Origin: Treponema sp.
Lineage (GTDB): Bacteria; Spirochaetota; Spirochaetia; Treponematales; Treponemataceae
Length of the DNA stretch: 64,000 nucleotides
Reading direction: 5' to 3'
NCBI GenBank assembly: GCA_045627625.1
Contig: JAZQOB010000124.1
Coordinates: 1,505 to 65,504, forward strand
The translations under genes and the position numbers were made by a program. Below are positions 1 through 8,915 of this stretch, piece by piece (the stretch's first letter is position 1; every line of letters starts with the position of its first letter). The notes under the pieces are model-generated. The model worked only from the letters and a program-made list of their open reading frames with translations. It made no database searches and was not told the origin of the DNA.

Positions 1-1
1 C

Positions 2-364
2 GAACAAGTATTTGCAGAACTTCTCCAGACCGTAAAAGACATGAACGAAGAACAAAAGCGTTATGTTCGTGAAGGTTTTGATAGTGATGAAGAGCTTACA
101 ATCTATGATATGCTTTTCAAGGATAGTTTAACAAAAGAAGATATCAAAAAGATTAAGGAACTATCAAAAGATCTTTTGAAAAAAATTAAAGATTTGCTTA
201 AAGAAATGGATAGTCCTTTTGATAAAGAAGCAACAGTTGCAACTATTCAGAATGAAATCAGAAACACTTTGTATGCAGAGCTTCCAGATGATTGTTTGGC
301 AGATTTGAACATTTACAGACAGAATATTTTTGATTACTTGAAAGCTGTTTATAGTGCAGCATAA
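2..364 (+). CDS. hsdR: Type I restriction enzyme R subunit, C-terminal fragment (5' truncated by window)
   Basis: Open frame from base 2 (EQVFAELLQTVKDMNEEQKRYVREG..EELTIYDML) resembles the HsdR C-terminal tail. Confidence 0.7.
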   Translation, partial: EQVFAELLQTVKDMNEEQKRYVREGFDSDEELTIYDMLFKDSLTKEDIKKIKELSKDLLKKIKDLLKEMDSPFDKEATVATIQNEIRNTLYAELPDDCLADLNIYRQNIFDYLKAVYSAA

Positions 365-395
365 ATATTTTCTTGTTCCGTAAAAATCCCTCTCC

Positions 396-479
396 CCGTT
401 AGGCTATGTAGCGGTGCGTAGCAGCCCGCAGGGCCGGCCGTAGGTAAGCCGCGGAACAGCCGACCCGAAAGGGGAACGG
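396..479 (+). ncRNA. Flavo-1-like structured RNA / GC-rich repeat element
   Basis: GC-rich island closed by ccgtt(396-400)/aacgg(475-479), with an inner ggct/agcc stem and a terminal gacccgaaagggg hairpin. Same architecture as 62143-62250. Confidence 0.55.
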
Positions 480-541
480 CAAACTTTCCCCTTTCATTTC
501 CTCTCTAGCAAATTTCTTTTTTTTACTTTAGAGTTAACACT

Positions 542-2518
542 ATGAAAAATATTTATCGTGTTTTGGCTGCGTTGATTTTGGCAGCGGTGGTAACTACTTC
601 GGTTGGGGCCCAGGAAATTAAACCTGTGCTGGATCCTGAATCTAAAGTTGCTTTGCAGGCAATGCCTATTTACGAAGGAGTAGATAATTTTAGGGAAAGA
701 GTTGAAAAAATCAGAAAAGAAGAAAAGCGGGAACCTCTTGGACTTGTTTTGTGCGGTGGTTCGGCAAGAGCTTTTTGTCATATCGGGGTTTTGAAGGCTC
801 TGGAAGAAAATAATATTGTTCCTGACTTTATTATTGCCAATTCTATGGGAGCTATTATTGGTTCTTTGTATGCTTATGGTTTTTCTCCTGAAAAAATTGA
901 GGAAGTTGTAAGTAAGATTTCTTTGAGTCAGTATTTTGATGTTGTTCTGCCTGTTCATGGTGGTATGATTTCGGTTCGTAAATACGAAGCTTTTGTTGAT
1001 TCTCTCTTGGGAAACGAAAGTCATGATTTGAAGGATTCTGCTATTCCTGTTCTTTTGCTTTCGGAAGATGTTATCAGTAAGCGTCAGATCTGGCATGGGG
1101 AAGGGGATTTTGCATCTATTATGGATGCGGCTTTTGCTATGTCCTTCTTTATGGAACCTGTTGAATATACTTTGCAGGATGGTACTAAAACTAAGCTTGT
1201 TGATAGTGGTACTGTTGATATTGCGGGGCTTAAGATTGCCAGAAGTTTCTCTTCTAATCTGATTGTTTCTACTGCTTTTTATGATGTTAAAGTAGACCTG
1301 AATAATCCTATTGTAATTTTGAATCGTACTTTCTCTATCGGAAAAGAACGAATTGCTATCCGGGATATTATGGATTTTGATCCGCTTTTGATTCGTAACG
1401 AAGTTGAACACTTCTCGTTTATGGATTTCCAGAAGGCGGGAGAAATTACTCAGGTTGGATACGATTCTGCTATGAAAGTTATGCCTTATCTTGTTAAGGC
1501 GCCTCATGGGGATAAAATTGATTTGCAGCGCCGAAGTGTAACTTCTAAACTTGCTGACGATATGATTGAAAGGGTTGCAGATAATGAACCTATGAATTCT
1601 GTTCGTCCTTATTTTGGTGCAAAAGTCTGGCCTTTCTTTGGTATTACTGATTTACCTGACAGCTATCTTTTTAATATGGATGGTGTTGGAGTTTCGGTTT
1701 TTGCTGATTTGAAGGATGTAATTCTTAAGGGACAGGTTAATTTCCCATTCACTTTTGATCAGGCTCGTGGAGATGTGCTTTTTACTTATCAGCCTTCTTC
1801 TGTGTTCAAAGCTGATTTGTTTGCTTCTTACGGAGTTTCGTTCAAAGATTTTAATGAGAATAATTTCTTTGCTTTTGGTGCTTTGAATTTCCGTCCTAGA
1901 ATTTTCCCTGAATGGATTAAGGGCATTTATGCTTCTGGTGAATTTACTAACGACTGCAACTGGAAGTTTACTGATTACCTTATGACTGCAGGTATGAAAT
2001 TTGAATTTGGTAACAAGCTGGCATCTTATCTTTACTTAAAGCCTTTTGCTTATGCAGGTTATGTTAGTGATACTGCTCCTTCTGGTTTTGATTTTGGTGG
2101 TGGTGTTGAATTCCAGAGCAATCTTGTAATGTTCAAGCATTTTGCTCTTGGTGAATATGCAACTGCCCGCTATGGTACTGAAACAAAACTGTATTCTTCG
2201 GATTTCTATCGTGCTAATGGTCTTTCGCTTTATGGAGATATGATTACAACTTCTGCAACTGAACTTTGTTTCTATACTCCAAGTACAGGCTTTACTTTTA
2301 GTGAATTCCTGATTTTCCAGCAGTTGAAGGCTGGTGCATTCTTTGATTTTGCTTACTGTCTTGATTCATACAATTCCCGGGGTATGTGTACTGGTGGATT
2401 TGTACGCACAGATGTTTCGATTATTGGGCTTGCTGATTTTATTATTGAAGCCGGTGGTGGTTTTGATATTACCAACACCAAGCCTTTTGCTTACTTCGAA
2501 ATGAAAAACAGAATGTAG
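542..2518 (+). CDS. Patatin-like phospholipase with signal peptide and probable C-terminal beta-barrel
   Basis: CGGSARAFCHIG oxyanion loop, ANSMG nucleophile elbow and DSG acid motif. The C-terminal half has alternating aromatic beta strands. Confidence 0.8.
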   Translation: MKNIYRVLAALILAAVVTTSVGAQEIKPVLDPESKVALQAMPIYEGVDNFRERVEKIRKEEKREPLGLVLCGGSARAFCHIGVLKALEENNIVPDFIIANSMGAIIGSLYAYGFSPEKIEEVVSKISLSQYFDVVLPVHGGMISVRKYEAFVDSLLGNESHDLKDSAIPVLLLSEDVISKRQIWHGEGDFASIMDAAFAMSFFMEPVEYTLQDGTKTKLVDSGTVDIAGLKIARSFSSNLIVSTAFYDVKVDLNNPIVILNRTFSIGKERIAIRDIMDFDPLLIRNEVEHFSFMDFQKAGEITQVGYDSAMKVMPYLVKAPHGDKIDLQRRSVTSKLADDMIERVADNEPMNSVRPYFGAKVWPFFGITDLPDSYLFNMDGVGVSVFADLKDVILKGQVNFPFTFDQARGDVLFTYQPSSVFKADLFASYGVSFKDFNENNFFAFGALNFRPRIFPEWIKGIYASGEFTNDCNWKFTDYLMTAGMKFEFGNKLASYLYLKPFAYAGYVSDTAPSGFDFGGGVEFQSNLVMFKHFALGEYATARYGTETKLYSSDFYRANGLSLYGDMITTSATELCFYTPSTGFTFSEFLIFQQLKAGAFFDFAYCLDSYNSRGMCTGGFVRTDVSIIGLADFIIEAGGGFDITNTKPFAYFEMKNRM

Positions 2519-2522
2519 AAAT

Positions 2523-3560
2523 CTACTTCTTGCCTTTGTGCTGAACCTGGGCAAGGCCGCGCTTGAACTGAGGGATTCGGGCGCAGGCTGTTGTGTTCCA
2601 GTCGCTGCGGTCTCCTCTCTGCAAGAAGTGGTAGGCAACTCCTGCAATCATTGCACCGTTGTCACCGCAGAGTTTTAGTGGAGGGAATATACAGTTAATG
2701 TCTGTTCTTTCTGCTAAAATTGCACGAAGTCTTGAATTAGCCGCAACACCGCCCCCCGCAACAACTGTTGTAAGTCCTGTATCTTCTACCGCCTTAAAAA
2801 GCTTATTTGTTAAAGTTCTTACTGCTGTTTCCTGGAAAGCTGCACACATGTTTTCTTTTGAATGTTTGTAGCCTTCGTTCCAGAACATATCGCACTGGTG
2901 AATAACTGCTGTTTTTAATCCACTAAATGAAACATCGTATTTGTGTTCTTTTTCGTCCAGTTTTGGAATTGGGAAATGAGCTGCTTTTGGATCTCCCTGT
3001 TTTGCCAGGTTATCGATTACAACTCCTCCAGGATATCCTAATCCGTAGAATTTTGAAACTTTATCAAAAGCTTCTCCTACTGAATCATCTACAGTTGTTC
3101 CAAGAATTTCCAGATCATCATAATTGTTTACTTTACAGATGATACTGTGTCCTCCAGAAACTAAAAGTCCTAAATATGGATACTGAATATCGTTTACTAA
3201 ATGTGCGGCATACAAATGGCCCAGCATATGATTTACTGCAATAAAAGGTTTGTTTGTTGCCCAGGCAAGAGTTTTTCCAAAGGTAAATCCAACTAAAAGG
3301 GAACCCATTAAACCTGGACGGTTTGTGGCTGCAATTGCATCAATATCATCCATTGTAAGATTTGCTTCTTTTAAGGCCTGTTTTACAACTGGAAGAATCC
3401 ATTCTGCATGTTTGCGGCTGGCAATTTCTGGAACAACTCCCTTATAGATTTTATGAAAAGGAATCTGTGTTGCTACGACATTGCTAAGAATTGTTTTTCC
3501 GTCTTCTACAATGGCACAGGCGGTTTCGTCACAAGATGATTCAATTCCTAATACTTTCAT
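2523..3560 (-). CDS. tsaD: tRNA N6-adenosine threonylcarbamoyltransferase
   Basis: LGIESSCDET, GVVPEIASRKH, NHMLGH, VSGGH, GEAFDK and DNGAMI motifs. Confidence 0.97.
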   Translation of the reverse strand: MKVLGIESSCDETACAIVEDGKTILSNVVATQIPFHKIYKGVVPEIASRKHAEWILPVVKQALKEANLTMDDIDAIAATNRPGLMGSLLVGFTFGKTLAWATNKPFIAVNHMLGHLYAAHLVNDIQYPYLGLLVSGGHSIICKVNNYDDLEILGTTVDDSVGEAFDKVSKFYGLGYPGGVVIDNLAKQGDPKAAHFPIPKLDEKEHKYDVSFSGLKTAVIHQCDMFWNEGYKHSKENMCAAFQETAVRTLTNKLFKAVEDTGLTTVVAGGGVAANSRLRAILAERTDINCIFPPLKLCGDNGAMIAGVAYHFLQRGDRSDWNTTACARIPQFKRGLAQVQHKGKK

Positions 3561-3569
3561 TTTCTACCT

Positions 3570-4769
3570 CTATTTTTTCTGGCCTCTGGATTTTGATACA
3601 GTTGTAATTACATAACCTTTTGATTTAAGCTCTGGATAAATTTCTTTTAAGAGCTGAGGCAAAAAGTCTGCGGACCAAACATGTCCTATCATTATAACAA
3701 CTCCATTTTTATTGGCAATATCTAAATTCTTTTTTATTTCTGTTAATGCGTTTTCGCGAGTTTTTACATTATCCAGGAAGTTTCCGTTTCTTTCGTAATA
3801 GCTGTAGCCTAATTCATGGCTTACATATGGAACTTTAGTATCTTTATTTGTTCTTGAATCCAGGAAGAAAATTCCGTTTTCGCTGGCAAGTTTAAGAACA
3901 GTTGCCATTTTTTCTTCATCTGCAGTAATTGCAGAACCTTCGTGATTGTTCATTCCGTCGATTGGTCCAATTTCGTTGATATTCTGGAAGAGGGTTGCAA
4001 TAATTTCGTCTTCGCTCATATCAGGTTTAATAGCTCCTGGACCTGGATTTACTGCGGCATTCAAAGCTTGCATTGGCTGATGAAGCATGAGTTCGTTTCC
4101 TGAAGCTCTGACTTTTTGTGCCGATGCTTTTGAATAAGTCAATCTTGGCAAAACTGCAACTGTAATTGGGAATGGCAGCTCCAGAAATTTTTCAAGGTGT
4201 GAAAGATTCTGGCCACCGTCATCAAAAATAAATACCAGCTGTGCATTGTTTACTGCTTTTGGGAATCCAAAATCCAGAGTTTTTTCTGGAGTAATGGTGG
4301 TTGTATTTTCCTGCTTTGGTTTTGCTGGTGGAGCAGGTGGTTCAATTTTTTTATTTTCTGTTGGTTTGTCTTCTTTTTTAGGAATTTCAACTTCTGTTTT
4401 TGGTGGAAGAGGTTTTGGATTATTCTGAACTGTTTTGTCTTCCTTTTTTGGTGTGACAGGTTCAACGGTTCGTACTGGAACTTCTGTTTTTTCTGCTTCC
4501 TTCTTTTTTTCCTCTGTCACCGGTTTTTCAATTTTAGTTTCCTGTTTAGGTTTTGATTCTTTAGGCTGGGAAGAGGAATCGATTATATTTGTTACAAAGA
4601 GCAAAAGCATACATACTGCAATTACTCCAAGACACATTAAGAGAATTTTCTGTTTTGGAATATATACCTTTTTCGAAGTTGATCTTCGGGTGGTTTTTCG
4701 ATTTGTTGTTTTTTTTGTTGTAACCTTTTTTGTGTTTCGGTTTTTTGATGTTGTTGATGTATTTTTCAT
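3570..4769 (-). CDS. Divergent polysaccharide deacetylase (YibQ family), membrane anchored, with Pro/Lys/Glu linker
   Basis: IFDDGG, LHQPMQ, NNHEGS, FLDSRT and IGH motifs; N-terminal TM helix. Confidence 0.9.
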   Translation of the reverse strand: MKNTSTTSKNRNTKKVTTKKTTNRKTTRRSTSKKVYIPKQKILLMCLGVIAVCMLLLFVTNIIDSSSQPKESKPKQETKIEKPVTEEKKKEAEKTEVPVRTVEPVTPKKEDKTVQNNPKPLPPKTEVEIPKKEDKPTENKKIEPPAPPAKPKQENTTTITPEKTLDFGFPKAVNNAQLVFIFDDGGQNLSHLEKFLELPFPITVAVLPRLTYSKASAQKVRASGNELMLHQPMQALNAAVNPGPGAIKPDMSEDEIIATLFQNINEIGPIDGMNNHEGSAITADEEKMATVLKLASENGIFFLDSRTNKDTKVPYVSHELGYSYYERNGNFLDNVKTRENALTEIKKNLDIANKNGVVIMIGHVWSADFLPQLLKEIYPELKSKGYVITTVSKSRGQKK

Positions 4770-4874
4770 AATAGTAATAAAGATATTTTAGTCATTTCTT
4801 TGACAGTTTTCAATAAATATAATAATGTATGACTAGTCAAAGTTTTAAGCTTTGAAGTAAAGAGGTGAAGAAAA

Positions 4875-5480
4875 ATGATTATTACTTGTCTTGATTTAGA
4901 AGGTGTTCTTGTTCCAGAAATCTGGATTGCTTTTGCTGATGCTGTTGGTATTCCAGAATTGCGTCGTACTACTCGTGATGAACCAGATTACGACAAATTG
5001 ATGAAATATCGTCTTGCTATTCTTAAAGAACACGGTCTTGGTTTAAAAGAAATTCAGGATACTATTAAAAAGATAGATCCTCTTCCTGGTGCAAAGGAAT
5101 TTCTTGATGAACTTAGAGCTACTTGTCAGACAATTATTTTGAGCGATACATTCGAACAGTTTGCTGCTCCATTGATGGAAAAACTTGGCATGCCAACAAT
5201 TTTCTGTAATACTTTGGAAGTTGCAGACAATGGCGAAATTACAGGCTACAAAATGCGCTGTGATAAGAGCAAACTTACAACTGTTAAAGCTTTGCAGTCT
5301 ATTGGTTATGATACTATTGCATCTGGTGACAGTTTCAACGATTTGGGAATGATTCAGGCTTCTAAAGCTGGTTTCCTTTTCCGCTCAACTGAACAGATTA
5401 TTAAGGATTATCCACAGTATCCTGCTTTTACAGAATACAAGGATTTACTTAATGCAATTAAAGAAGCAATTAAAAAATAA
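4875..5480 (+). CDS. thrH: Phosphoserine phosphatase / homoserine phosphotransferase (HAD)
   Basis: CLDLEGVLVPEIW, TTRDEPDYDKLM and GDSFND motifs. Confidence 0.93.
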   Translation: MIITCLDLEGVLVPEIWIAFADAVGIPELRRTTRDEPDYDKLMKYRLAILKEHGLGLKEIQDTIKKIDPLPGAKEFLDELRATCQTIILSDTFEQFAAPLMEKLGMPTIFCNTLEVADNGEITGYKMRCDKSKLTTVKALQSIGYDTIASGDSFNDLGMIQASKAGFLFRSTEQIIKDYPQYPAFTEYKDLLNAIKEAIKK

Positions 5481-5544
5481 AAAACATCTATAAAAATCAT
5501 GTTTTTTTATTTTTTTTGATTATATTAATTTCAAGGGGATTAAA

Positions 5545-6240
5545 ATGAAAAAAATTATTGCTATTGCTGTTGCTGCTGTAGTTATGGCATCTTCAACTTT
5601 TGCACTTGGTCTTTCATTTGGTGTAAAAGGTGATATTGGTAAGACTTTGGCTAACAACTGGGCTGATGCTAAATCTGAAATCATGGAATTCAATATGAAT
5701 TCAGAATTTGACTTTGGCTTTGGTGGTTATACTAATGTTGAATTAATCAACGGTCTTGGTGTGTTGTTGGAATGTGATGTTACAAAATCACAGATCAAGT
5801 TTACTGGTGCTAAAATTGCTGATGGCAAAGATAAAGAAAACTGGGAAACAAAGGAATTCGATACATGGTTAATCGATGTTCCTGTAATGCTCTGGAATAA
5901 CATTGATTTCTGGAAGTTCAGAATTGGTATGGGTGTTGGTGTAAACTTCTCATTCAACCTTGATGCAAAAGATAGAGCTTCTATTGAAGCAGCAATCGAT
6001 AAGGCAAAAACTGTTTATGCAGAAAAGAGCTTTATTATGGGTGCTGTAGCTGGTATCGATGGTAAATTCTACATTACTGATACTATCGGTCTTGTAGCAA
6101 GTGCAAGATACATTGGTAACTTTGAAAAAACAACTGCAACTTTCCCAATTGAAGGTACAGAAGGTTTTGAATATCCATCAATCAAATTCAACCGTAACTC
6201 AATCTACGGTGGACTTGGTATGGAAATCAAATTGTTCTAA
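5545..6240 (+). CDS. Outer-membrane beta-barrel protein (8-stranded/PorT-like)
   Basis: Signal peptide, amphipathic beta strands and a C-terminal Phe (GLGMEIKLF). Confidence 0.75.
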   Translation: MKKIIAIAVAAVVMASSTFALGLSFGVKGDIGKTLANNWADAKSEIMEFNMNSEFDFGFGGYTNVELINGLGVLLECDVTKSQIKFTGAKIADGKDKENWETKEFDTWLIDVPVMLWNNIDFWKFRIGMGVGVNFSFNLDAKDRASIEAAIDKAKTVYAEKSFIMGAVAGIDGKFYITDTIGLVASARYIGNFEKTTATFPIEGTEGFEYPSIKFNRNSIYGGLGMEIKLF

Positions 6241-6263
6241 TTTTCTGAATAGAATAATTTAAG

Positions 6264-6325
6264 AATAGGGTTATCCGCAATAGACCTGATATGGTTTTTG
6301 CTGTTGGATAACCCTATTTTTTTTT
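6264..6325 (+). terminator. Rho-independent terminator
   Basis: aatagggttatcc/ggataaccctatt stem followed by a T run. Confidence 0.75.
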
Positions 6326-6338
6326 GTAAAATGAAGTC

Positions 6339-7133
6339 ATGGAAAGATTAGATAAGATTTTAGCTCACGAAGGCTTTGGTTCACGAAAAGATATTAGAAA
6401 AATGCTTCGTTCCTGCGAAGTTCTTGTGAACGATAAAAGAATTTATGATCCTTCTTTTCAGCTGGATGTGGAAAATGATGTAGTTGTTGTAGATGGTGAA
6501 GAAATTAATCTTCATGGCCACATCTATCTTATGATGAACAAAGTAATGCACACAATTTCTTCAAATAAAGATGGAGAACATCAGACAGTTTTTGATTTGC
6601 TGGATGATTCAATGCGTACTCCATATTTGCAGAATAAGCTTCATCTTATCGGTCGTCTCGATATGGATACAGAAGGCCTTTTGTTGTTCACTACTGATGG
6701 TGAATTGACTCATCGCCTTATTTCTCCAAAATCTCATGTAAGTAAAACCTATCTTTGTATTCTGGAACATCAGGAAACTGCAGAACATAAAGCCCAGATC
6801 GAAAAACAATTTCTGGAAGGAATCGAAGTTGGTCCCGAAGATAATGAAGCGGGCTTTAAATGTGAACCTGCTTTTGTAAAATGGCCAACAAAAGAAGAAA
6901 TTCAGAAATATCTTAAAAATTCTTCCTATGTAAAAGAAAATCCTGAACACGATTTTGCCCTTTTAACAATTTACGAAGGCAAATACCATCAGGTAAAACG
7001 AATGTTTGTTGCCGTTGGAAATAAAATCTCTTTCCTGAAACGAGTATCGGTTGGCCAGCTGGAGTTGGATTTGAATCTTGTTCCAGGAGATTATAAATAT
7101 CTATCTGATTCCGATTTGGATAAATTAATCTAG
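6339..7133 (+). CDS. RsuA-family rRNA pseudouridine synthase
   Basis: S4 domain (RLDKILAH), GRLDMDTEGLLL and EGKYHQVKRM. Confidence 0.92.
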   Translation: MERLDKILAHEGFGSRKDIRKMLRSCEVLVNDKRIYDPSFQLDVENDVVVVDGEEINLHGHIYLMMNKVMHTISSNKDGEHQTVFDLLDDSMRTPYLQNKLHLIGRLDMDTEGLLLFTTDGELTHRLISPKSHVSKTYLCILEHQETAEHKAQIEKQFLEGIEVGPEDNEAGFKCEPAFVKWPTKEEIQKYLKNSSYVKENPEHDFALLTIYEGKYHQVKRMFVAVGNKISFLKRVSVGQLELDLNLVPGDYKYLSDSDLDKLI

Positions 7134-7213
7134 AAAAAATAGGAAAAATAAAATCAGAGTTTTAGTATGAACAAAAATTAGCGGAACGCGAGCAAAAAAG
7201 TCAATCAGCGGAA

Positions 7214-7267
7214 TCCTACCGCAGAAGTTTTTCCAAAAAGTAAGCGTTAATTGGAAAACTTCGAGGA
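7214..7267. repeat. Imperfect intergenic hairpin / REP-like element
   Basis: tcct..gaagtttttccaa / ttggaaaacttc..agga inverted repeat. Confidence 0.5.
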
Positions 7268-7279
7268 CAGCAATAGAGA

Positions 7280-7318
7280 TTTACAATTTCCTATAAACCT
7301 TGTATCATAGTAGGTAAT
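7280..7318 (+). promoter_or_regulatory. Sigma70 promoter with overlapping putative Rrf2 operator
   Basis: TTTACA(7280)-17bp-TATCAT(7303). AACCT-N7-TAGTAGG-Y-AAT at 7296-7318 is shared with the cysK upstream region. Confidence 0.7.
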
Positions 7319-7329
7319 ACGAGGTTAAA

Positions 7330-7734
7330 ATGATTGTATCAACACGAGGTCGCTACGCCCTTAGAGTTATGATTGATCTGGCGGAACATGTAGACGAAGA
7401 GAGAATTCCTTTAAAAGCAATTTCTGAACGCCAGGAAATTTCGCAAAAATATATGGAAGCAATTATGACTTTGCTTTCGAAAAATAATTTTGTAGATGCT
7501 GTTCACGGAAAGGGTGGCGGTTATAAATTAAACAGAAAACCAGAAGAATACAAGGTTGGAGATATTCTTCGTTTGACAGAAGGAACTTTGGCTCCTGTTG
7601 CATGTCTGGAAGCTGGCGCAGCAAAATGTCAAAAAGAAGCTAACTGTCGTACAATTCCTATGTGGTCAAAACTTGATAAGTTGATTACAGAGTTTTTTGA
7701 CGGAATAACTATTGCCGATTTGATGAAAAAGTAA
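7330..7734 (+). CDS. Rrf2-family transcriptional regulator (CymR/IscR-like, 3 Cys)
   Basis: STRGRYALRVMIDL, G-GGGYKL and the C-x7-C-x5-C cluster. Confidence 0.92.
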   Translation: MIVSTRGRYALRVMIDLAEHVDEERIPLKAISERQEISQKYMEAIMTLLSKNNFVDAVHGKGGGYKLNRKPEEYKVGDILRLTEGTLAPVACLEAGAAKCQKEANCRTIPMWSKLDKLITEFFDGITIADLMKK

Positions 7735-7748
7735 TTAAGGAACTAAAG

Positions 7749-8915
7749 ATGAATTATATACCACAGGAACTTCCAAAGGCTGGGGACACTGTTGTTGTTG
7801 GTCTTTCTGGAGGAGTTGATTCTACTTTGACTGCAATTCTCTTACAGGAAAGAGGTTGTAAAGTAATTGGTGTTACTATGTCTTTGTGGGATGGAAATAT
7901 TCCAATTATTAATAAAGAAAAAACTATTAAAGATGCCTGCTATAGCCCGGGAGAATCAGAAGATATTGCAGCTTGCGAAAAATTCTGTGAAGAACATGGA
8001 ATCGAATATCATGTAATTGATGTTCAGAAGGCATATGCAAAAGAAGTTCTGGAATATTTTAAATCGGAATATCGCTCTGGTCGTACTCCAAATCCTTGTA
8101 TCAGATGTAATCGTTTTATTAAGTTTGGTGCCTTACTGGAAGGAATCAAAAAACTTAATATTGAATATGATTATTTCTGTACCGGTCATTATGCAAAAAT
8201 TGTTCGTCCTGAAGAAGGGGTTTTTGGTAGTGACAAAAGGCCTTTTATGATTGCAGGGGCTGCAGATGTAACTAAAGATCAGACTTACTTTGTATACCGT
8301 TTGCCAGATGAAGTTTTACAAAAGGTAAGATTTCCTTTGGCAACTATGAAAAAAACTGAAGTTTTTGAGCTGGCACGAAAAGCAAATCTTGCGGCGGCTG
8401 AACGAGCAGAAAGTCAGGATTTTATTGGTGAAGAATATTTTGATGTTCTTTTTGCCGATAAACCTTCTGTTCCTGGAGATATTATCGATTTGGATGGTCA
8501 TGTTCTTGGTCGTCATCGTGGTATTGAACATTATACGATCGGGCAGCGCAGAGGCCTTGGAGTTGCTTTGAATTATCCTGCTTATGTTCAGGCAATTGAT
8601 GCTAAAAATAATCTTGTAGTTCTTGCTCCAAACGATGCCCTTAATTCTGATGGTCTTGTTGCTGATGATTTTGTATGGCCTGGTGATGTTGAACCAACCG
8701 AACCATTTGAAGCAATGGTAAAGATTCGTCTGGCAAGCCGACCTGTAAAATGTAAGATTGAACGATATACTCCTGCAGAAGGTGAAGAGTTTATTGGTAC
8801 TCCATGGAAGATTACTTTTGAATCTCCACAGAGAGCTGTTGCTCCTGGCCAGTCTGCAGTTTTGTACAGCGACAATGTAATTGTTGGTGGTGGAATTATC
8901 AGTAAGACAATTTAA
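7749..8915 (+). CDS. mnmA: tRNA 2-thiouridylase
   Basis: SGGVDS, TPNPCIRCN, TGHYA, KDQTYF, TIGQRRGL and APGQ. Confidence 0.96.
   Translation: MNYIPQELPKAGDTVVVGLSGGVDSTLTAILLQERGCKVIGVTMSLWDGNIPIINKEKTIKDACYSPGESEDIAACEKFCEEHGIEYHVIDVQKAYAKEVLEYFKSEYRSGRTPNPCIRCNRFIKFGALLEGIKKLNIEYDYFCTGHYAKIVRPEEGVFGSDKRPFMIAGAADVTKDQTYFVYRLPDEVLQKVRFPLATMKKTEVFELARKANLAAAERAESQDFIGEEYFDVLFADKPSVPGDIIDLDGHVLGRHRGIEHYTIGQRRGLGVALNYPAYVQAIDAKNNLVVLAPNDALNSDGLVADDFVWPGDVEPTEPFEAMVKIRLASRPVKCKIERYTPAEGEEFIGTPWKITFESPQRAVAPGQSAVLYSDNVIVGGGIISKTI

Noticed and set aside
494-1507. 337-aa minus-strand ORF, and the many other short overlapping ORFs in the track
   Set aside because: Antisense or alternate-frame shadows of well-supported genes, with no motifs and atypical composition.
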